DNA of 63,955 nt, counting the filler. It is 16 parts of 16 records of this genome, joined end to end, with 100 filler letters (N's around TTAATTAATTAA, not from the genome) between each part and the next. Parts side by side here need not be neighbours in the genome. Positions count along the whole stretch, not along the records: positions 57,617 to 60,664 come from SRR15195285_11366; positions 60,765 to 63,955 come from SRR15195285_11369; 14 more parts are not named here. One strand, written 5' to 3'. The stretch's first letter is position 1, and the number at the start of each line of letters is the position of its first letter. A program made the position numbers and the translations under genes. This document shows positions 58,168 through 63,955 of the stretch, one piece after another. The notes under the pieces are model-generated. The model was not told the DNA's origin, searched no databases, and worked only from the letters and a program-made list of their open reading frames with translations.

Positions 58168-59334
58168 ATGGCAGTCATCACGCCACCGAAGGTCGTGCTG
58201 CTGGCAGCAGCCGCCTGCTGCCTACTGCTACCGACGGCCGCCGCGGCGGGGGGCTCGTCAGCAGCCGCCAACGCGTCGCTGCGCGGGTGCGACACGGACT
58301 GCTCGTGCTGCGGCGGCACGTGCAAGGGCGGCTGCGGCGGCGGGTGCTGCAGCGGCTGCGGGTTTTGCGGCGGGGACCACCCGCCCGCTGCGGGAGACGA
58401 CGGCAAGCCGGAGCTCTGCCCGCTCGGATGCTTCGAGCACTACGGCTGGGAAGGCTGCACGCTGGACAACTCGCGCCCCCCCGGGTGTGAGCAGTGCCTG
58501 TACGTCAACAACGAGCGCCTCACGCCGAACAAGAACAACCCGATGCTCCGACAGTGCGAGGCCCTGTGCGATGCGAAGGGCTACCAGTACTACGCGCTGG
58601 AGGACGGGACTGCGTGCTACTGTGGCCGCGGCACGCTGCTGGCGAGCAAGCAGCTCACCGACAGCGAGTGCGGCGCCTGCCCCGATCTGCCGGGATCGAT
58701 GTGCGGCAACATCGGCGGCAGTAAAATGGCCATGTACGCCCTGTCGGCCGCCTGCCCGCGCGGTCGGTCGCTCGGCTTGCTATTCAGCACGGTAGTGCTA
58801 GGCTCGGCCGTGCTCTATCTCGCCGTGGGCATCGCGCTGAGGCATCGCCGCACGGGTGCGAAAGGCCTCCAGGTGCTGCCGCACCGCGAGCAATGGCTGC
58901 AGCTGCACGGCCTCGTCATGGACGGCGTGCAGTTTACGCGCGCGACCGCAGCCGGACGGAGCGGTCGCGGTGGCGGTGGCGGTGGGTACGCAAAGGTCGG
59001 CGAGGCCGCACGGGGAGGAGGAGGCGCCGGTGTCAGCAGCAGCAGCAGCAGCAGTCCTCCTCGACGGGTGGAACGGACGAAGAAAGGGAAGCGATCCAAA
59101 GAGAAAACATCCAAGACTAAGTCCAAGGGCGGCACTACTATAGATAGCAGCAGCAGGAGCAGTGACCGCGCCCCTGCTGATGCCGCCCCAGCTGCAGGCG
59201 GCTCCTCTTCTGCTGCCGCCGCCGCCGGTGGCGCTGGCGCTGGTGGTGACGGTGGTGGCGGTGGAGGGGAGGCAGCGGCAGTAGGGTCCACGGCGGCGGG
59301 CAGTGGTGGAAGATGGGTGCACGTGCCAGGGTAA
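58168..59334 (+). CDS. Type I membrane protein: WSC domain + M6PR/ATG27-like TM/juxtamembrane region
   Basis: Signal peptide; Cys/Gly-rich segment; WSC LGCF...CEALC..KGYQYYALEDGTACYCG...C..CP..PGSMCG; TM followed by GAKGLQVLPHREQWLQLHGLVMDGVQF. Confidence 0.75.
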   Translation: MAVITPPKVVLLAAAACCLLLPTAAAAGGSSAAANASLRGCDTDCSCCGGTCKGGCGGGCCSGCGFCGGDHPPAAGDDGKPELCPLGCFEHYGWEGCTLDNSRPPGCEQCLYVNNERLTPNKNNPMLRQCEALCDAKGYQYYALEDGTACYCGRGTLLASKQLTDSECGACPDLPGSMCGNIGGSKMAMYALSAACPRGRSLGLLFSTVVLGSAVLYLAVGIALRHRRTGAKGLQVLPHREQWLQLHGLVMDGVQFTRATAAGRSGRGGGGGGYAKVGEAARGGGGAGVSSSSSSSPPRRVERTKKGKRSKEKTSKTKSKGGTTIDSSSRSSDRAPADAAPAAGGSSSAAAAAGGAGAGGDGGGGGGEAAAVGSTAAGSGGRWVHVPG

Positions 59335-59453
59335 TGCACCTGTGCCTGCTGTTTGCATCATTTGTAGTACCTCACACTGACTGCTCCTACGACGGCGGTG
59401 CCGGCCACTGCCCCTGCATGCTATGCTATGCTGTGCCATGCTAGGCTTGCTCA

Positions 59454-60443
59454 CTACTTGAGCAGCGCTCGGATGGCCGGTGCGATGCTATTGTTGACGA
59501 CCCAGCTGTAGCCACCCGCATTCCCACCGCCAGGGCAGTGCGGGCAAAAGCATGACTTTGCGCCGAAGCACTCTGCAACAGGTGCCGCGCCGCACTTCCC
59601 TACAATAGCAGCATGCAGATCAACCGTAGGGATTGAGGCAGCCCTCATCACTTCAGCAGCCTGGCCGTTAAGCTTCTGCACCAGTGCATCAGTGGAGGCG
59701 GTGCATAGCCAGGGTGTCGTCGATGCGAAGAGTAGCTTTGCCTTAGTGGCATCAGTGTAGGCTTTGAGCTTGGCTGCGATCTGCGCCAGCTCTGGCTTGT
59801 AGACTGCGCTGGTGCCTGCACCTCCAGGGATCGTTGTGTTGACACCGTTGCAGGGACCGTCGTGCAGCCCGAAGTTGAACATGATGAGGTCTGGGTGGAC
59901 CGCCCGCCCGTCGGGGTTGGACAAGAAGGTGTCCAAGCACTCGAGCCCGTACGCTGTCTCTTCCGCGCCGCCATCGCCGCCGTCAGGCGCGTGCTGCACC
60001 ACGCAGTCTTCGGCCAGCGCAGCAGTGAGGAAAGGGGTGTAGCCGAGAGAGACAGAGTCGCCAATGATGAGGCAGTTCTTCTTGGTCGTACTCATCCGGT
60101 TCAGCGGCCCTGGCTTGCAGGCTGGCGTGCCAGGGACAGGGCCTTCCCCACCTGGGCAAGCCGGCGGGTGCGCGCAGGGCGGCGGCTTGCACGTGACCAC
60201 GATCTCCCAGCCCGTGCCAGCCTTCTCGCAGGTGTAGCCCTTCGGGCAGCAGTTGCCCAGCGGTGTGTCACAGTCGACCGCGTCTTGCAGCGGGCAGCAG
60301 GCCATGCCGGTGCCCGAGTACGCCGACTTGGTGCAGGTCGCTGTGCTCAGGCAGGTTGTGTTGAACTTGGGCTCGCACGGCGGCATGCCGCTGCTGCTGG
60401 TGCCGGACGCAAACAGCAGCAGTAGCAGGGCGACGGCAGCCAT
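59454..60443 (-). CDS. Secreted SGNH/GDSL hydrolase with N-terminal granulin-like Cys module
   Basis: Signal peptide; CCPLQDAVDCDTPLGNCCPKGYTC; block I LIIGDSVS; block III FNFGLHD; block V CFCPHC. Confidence 0.8.
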   Translation of the reverse strand: MAAVALLLLLFASGTSSSGMPPCEPKFNTTCLSTATCTKSAYSGTGMACCPLQDAVDCDTPLGNCCPKGYTCEKAGTGWEIVVTCKPPPCAHPPACPGGEGPVPGTPACKPGPLNRMSTTKKNCLIIGDSVSLGYTPFLTAALAEDCVVQHAPDGGDGGAEETAYGLECLDTFLSNPDGRAVHPDLIMFNFGLHDGPCNGVNTTIPGGAGTSAVYKPELAQIAAKLKAYTDATKAKLLFASTTPWLCTASTDALVQKLNGQAAEVMRAASIPTVDLHAAIVGKCGAAPVAECFGAKSCFCPHCPGGGNAGGYSWVVNNSIAPAIRALLK

Positions 60444-61068
60444 CCGATGACTGATGCTGGCTGCTAGTGCGAAGAGCTGGAAAACGCCCGCATTGACTAG
60501 CGTGGTCCTCACCACAGTGGCCAGCAGGCTTGCCACGCCACGCACCGTACCGGCCGCGCGGCGGTGTCTGCAGACACACAAGTATTACTTAGTATATTGA
60601 TCCCCCCTCTTGTGACCATGCTGGTCTATACTAGTATCAGTGCCCAGGTTGCGAACCTGAGACANNNNNNNNNNNNNNNNNNNNNNNNNNNNNNNNNNNN
60701 NNNNNNNNTTAATTAATTAANNNNNNNNNNNNNNNNNNNNNNNNNNNNNNNNNNNNNNNNNNNNGAGGTCCTCAAACAGCTTCTTGGTCGCAGCAAGGCG
60801 TAGAGAAATCTTTCTCCGGGGAATATTGGTATTGACGGCCTAGAAACGGTCGACGGATTTTTCGGAGTTGTACGATGGAGCTTTGGCGGCTGCAGCGTGT
60901 AGGGCACACTCAAGTGGAGCGTGGTGCAGTGCCGGGCCGGCGAGCCTGGCGTCTATTCGTCTGACCTAACGAGAACGAGCAGTCAAGATCGACAGAGCAT
61001 ACTGAATTCCACCACAGATGCATTGTGACGCTTTGCGTCAGTAGGACAGTCACGCAAGCGAGAGACCC

Positions 61069-63955
61069 TCAAATCAATTGCTCCGTCGGCCTGGGTTGAT
61101 GCGCATGAGGTGCTGAAAACAACGCCTCTTCTTCAGATGAGTCGTTTGACTCATGTCGCATTTTCGCTTCCTGGTGCTCCTCCTTTGCAACCTGCTCGTC
61201 ATGTTTCAAGGCCATGCTTATCACTGTGCCGTCCACCACGCCAAACTTCTGCAGCTGTGCATGCTCGTCATCGAGAGCTTGTGCATTGAATAGCAAGCGC
61301 TGCACATTTGTCGGTAGACCTCGTTCGGAATGTAGACATCTTCTCAGATCGCTGACTGTTGCAGTTGACGGAATGGAAACCGCTGTCCGCTGGCCGAAAA
61401 GATCCTGGACCACAACATTGATCATTTTCATCGTGGATGGCTCACCAATGGGAATTTGCTCAATCTCATCCCCCCTGAGCTTCGACTTCACGAGAAGACT
61501 TGGAGTTGTGGTGGCTGTGTGATCGGCCTCGGTAGCATCCAAGAATTGTAGAGAGAAATGCGCGTGCTTGTCCAACAGAAGTGGAGTCGGAAGCTGAAGC
61601 CAATTGATGGTTTCAATCTTCCCCATCACGTTTATCTTCTGAAGCATCGGCACTAGCTCAGTCTGCATACGACCCAACTGTGTAACGTCGCACGACCATA
61701 GACAACGTTGGATATAGCCATACACTCCTTCGACCTCAATGTTTGGAGGCTCTTCCAGTGCGTCTCTTCTGGCGCGGCTATTCCAGACACTTCCAAGTTC
61801 GCACTGCACAAGCGATTTCATGTCCTCACAAAGTTGGTCAGCCGGCTCTAATGGCTCTAGTGTCGTGGTTAACACTCGTACGAACTCTTCATATTCTGCT
61901 CGCGAATGGAACCTAAGAATAGCCTGAAAAGGTCGACGATCACAACTCGTGGCGGAGAGCTCAACCGACCTGGCTTCAGCGTTACACACCGTCTTCATGT
62001 TATCAAGCACCGCCAGTTGTCTCCCGCCTGATGGGATCCCGTGGCTATCGATGTTGTACAATTGAAGTCGCAATTGCCCCACATTCTTGTCTGCGGAGTT
62101 TGTAGATCTGCATATCTCGAACCAATTTTCGCTCCTGGATTTAAACCAGCTGCCTCCTTGCTTAGTGACGTAGCCAGTGGATAAGTGCACGTAGGGATAC
62201 GATTGCTGTGACGGCGGTAGAACCTTTGCTGCCCTGCGAACTAGACGGCGCCTTCGTACGCACGCTGTCATGAACACAGTAGGCTCAAATTGGTTCCAGT
62301 CTTGACCATACTCGAAGCCATCGGCGTCCGACAAGCCCGACAAGCCATCGGCATAGCCTGACTCAGAGGACTGCTGCTGCCAGTCGTTTGTCCATTCCCA
62401 TCCAGACGGTAGCTTTACCCCATCCTCCGCTGGATGTCCGTGTCGCTCGCCATGGTAACCGCAAGGAGGTCCGCCAAAAGCATGCGTGAGCATTCTACGT
62501 TCAGAGCTGAAGAGATGCCCGGAAGACCACCCTCGTGTCGGTACCCAGCGTTCGTTCAGATACACTTCAACTTCAACCGTGGAACCCTGCGGGAGTTTAG
62601 CCATTCGTCTGACAAGTGGAGCGTCCTGGAGATAGTTTTCCCATACCGAGCTTTCTCCAAAACATCCTACTCCAAGCCCCGAGGAGTAGAACTCTGTATA
62701 ACGGCCATATTCAATCTGATAGCAGTCTGCAGCCGCTGTCTCGATGTCTCCATGATCGTACCGCACGAGTGCTCGTTTCATGAGAATCTCCGCTTGCATG
62801 GCAGACTTATTGTCCACCACGTTTGGTGCCGCTCTCCGTAGGCAATACAATGCTTTACTGTATAGACTCTCTGCCAATGTAGCAGGCGAGAATCGACGTG
62901 CATGGCAATCTGCTTGCTTTACGTAAGTGTTCACAAGGCAACGGTGACTATCACTGTGGGCATCGTCGAAGGGAAGTTGTCCAGTGAACACTTGATCCTC
63001 AAGGTATTTGATTGTTACACCAAAGTTTGCCTCTGCCAACCCGTATTGTCCTTCCTTCACTTGCCTGTCCCCGTCTGACAGAGCTGTTTGTGCATGCAGA
63101 ATCATTTCTAAATGCATGTTTAGGCTGACTGCCTCACGATGGGTTGGGCTCAGCGTCAATGCGCGCGAGCACTCGGTGTGTGCCCGTCGAACGACTGGTT
63201 CTTCCAGGATTGGGTTGGCACACGAAGATAGTGCTGAAACTGCAGACCGCAAATGCTGCTCAATCAAATCAAGAGATCGCTCCACTTCTGCAAGCAATCT
63301 CGACGCTTCCAAATGCGTAGTAGCGACGTTCAGTGCGGACGTGCATTGCTCTCTTGCTCGCAAGTAGTCCTTGGACGCGAACGAGGCGTTTGCGGCCTGG
63401 CAGAGATTTTCGGCCTCCTTCAGAGCACTCTGAGCCTTCGGGCGCAGTTGATTTGCACCTGCGTGCTTCGGCATCTTGTCCAGCACTTGGGAGCAAAGCA
63501 CATTGGATTCGTGCATGTGCTTCCGATCAAAACACAACAAAGCATCGGAGTACAGCATGTGAACTTGATCTAGAAGAACGTTGATTTCATCTATCAGTGA
63601 GTTCGCAACCACATATTTTGGATAGAGTTTGAGTGCGTCCTGGCAGTGGCTTTTGGCAGAGTCCAAATCTTGCTTTGATAGCAATAAGGACGCATCCTTA
63701 CAATGTTGTTCGACCGCTACCATGCATGCAATCAGCCTTTGCATAAGTGCTTGCGCAGCAGCATGCGTTGGAACCAACTTCAACGCTTGCTCACACAAAC
63801 CCCTTGCGGTCTCAATATCTCTCTCGCATTCTAGGGTAGATGCTTGGACGAAACGTTGCTCTGCATCAAGTTGTGTCTGAACCGCATTCAGTTCTCCCTG
63901 TGCTTCCGTGTGTCCGAGTTTCGACGCTTGGCTTAAATTGGACAGTGCCTTTTGA
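61069..63955 (-). CDS. TPR/SEL1-like repeats + dysferlin (DysF) + PH-like + ubiquitin-like protein (5' partial)
   Basis: The frame is open to the window end. TPR units (C..AL.L.P.H..A); DysF EVYLNERW.P..GW..LPSGWEW..DW..DADGFEYG..VRRRR; PH-like GYVTKQGGSWFKS..WF; UBL INVVVQDLFGQ..TVSDLR..QRLLFNAQALDD. Confidence 0.78.
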   Translation of the reverse strand, partial: QKALSNLSQASKLGHTEAQGELNAVQTQLDAEQRFVQASTLECERDIETARGLCEQALKLVPTHAAAQALMQRLIACMVAVEQHCKDASLLLSKQDLDSAKSHCQDALKLYPKYVVANSLIDEINVLLDQVHMLYSDALLCFDRKHMHESNVLCSQVLDKMPKHAGANQLRPKAQSALKEAENLCQAANASFASKDYLRAREQCTSALNVATTHLEASRLLAEVERSLDLIEQHLRSAVSALSSCANPILEEPVVRRAHTECSRALTLSPTHREAVSLNMHLEMILHAQTALSDGDRQVKEGQYGLAEANFGVTIKYLEDQVFTGQLPFDDAHSDSHRCLVNTYVKQADCHARRFSPATLAESLYSKALYCLRRAAPNVVDNKSAMQAEILMKRALVRYDHGDIETAAADCYQIEYGRYTEFYSSGLGVGCFGESSVWENYLQDAPLVRRMAKLPQGSTVEVEVYLNERWVPTRGWSSGHLFSSERRMLTHAFGGPPCGYHGERHGHPAEDGVKLPSGWEWTNDWQQQSSESGYADGLSGLSDADGFEYGQDWNQFEPTVFMTACVRRRRLVRRAAKVLPPSQQSYPYVHLSTGYVTKQGGSWFKSRSENWFEICRSTNSADKNVGQLRLQLYNIDSHGIPSGGRQLAVLDNMKTVCNAEARSVELSATSCDRRPFQAILRFHSRAEYEEFVRVLTTTLEPLEPADQLCEDMKSLVQCELGSVWNSRARRDALEEPPNIEVEGVYGYIQRCLWSCDVTQLGRMQTELVPMLQKINVMGKIETINWLQLPTPLLLDKHAHFSLQFLDATEADHTATTTPSLLVKSKLRGDEIEQIPIGEPSTMKMINVVVQDLFGQRTAVSIPSTATVSDLRRCLHSERGLPTNVQRLLFNAQALDDEHAQLQKFGVVDGTVISMALKHDEQVAKEEHQEAKMRHESNDSSEEEALFSAPHAHQPRPTEQLI

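Overview
This window is not one continuous locus. It is 16 short eukaryotic contigs (about 3-5 kb each) joined by artificial 100-bp linkers (44 N + TTAATTAATTAA + 44 N). The DNA is GC-rich and gene-dense, with canonical GT-AG introns of about 70-200 nt, often with CTRAC-type branch points. This fits a unicellular eukaryote MAG/SAG, but the lineage cannot be fixed by eye. Clear housekeeping genes are CDC40/PRP17, mitochondrial dihydrolipoyl dehydrogenase, a SNIP1-like FHA protein, VPS41, an ABCC/MRP transporter, three MFS transporters, a PhyH dioxygenase and DUF829/TMEM53. Manual splicing shows several unusual architectures. These are a PCIF1/CAPAM-type m6Am methyltransferase with a UBA-like domain inserted into its catalytic domain, a divergent CG-1(CAMTA)/NAC-like DNA-binding protein, a HECT ligase whose HECT domain is not C-terminal, a Cys-loop-less pLGIC with an anion-type pore motif, a WSC-domain receptor with an M6PR/ATG27-type tail, a granulin-SGNH fusion and a TPR-DysF-PH-UBL protein. 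No rRNA, tRNA, CRISPR array or intact transposase/RT was recognised. All domain calls come from visual motif recognition, not database searches.
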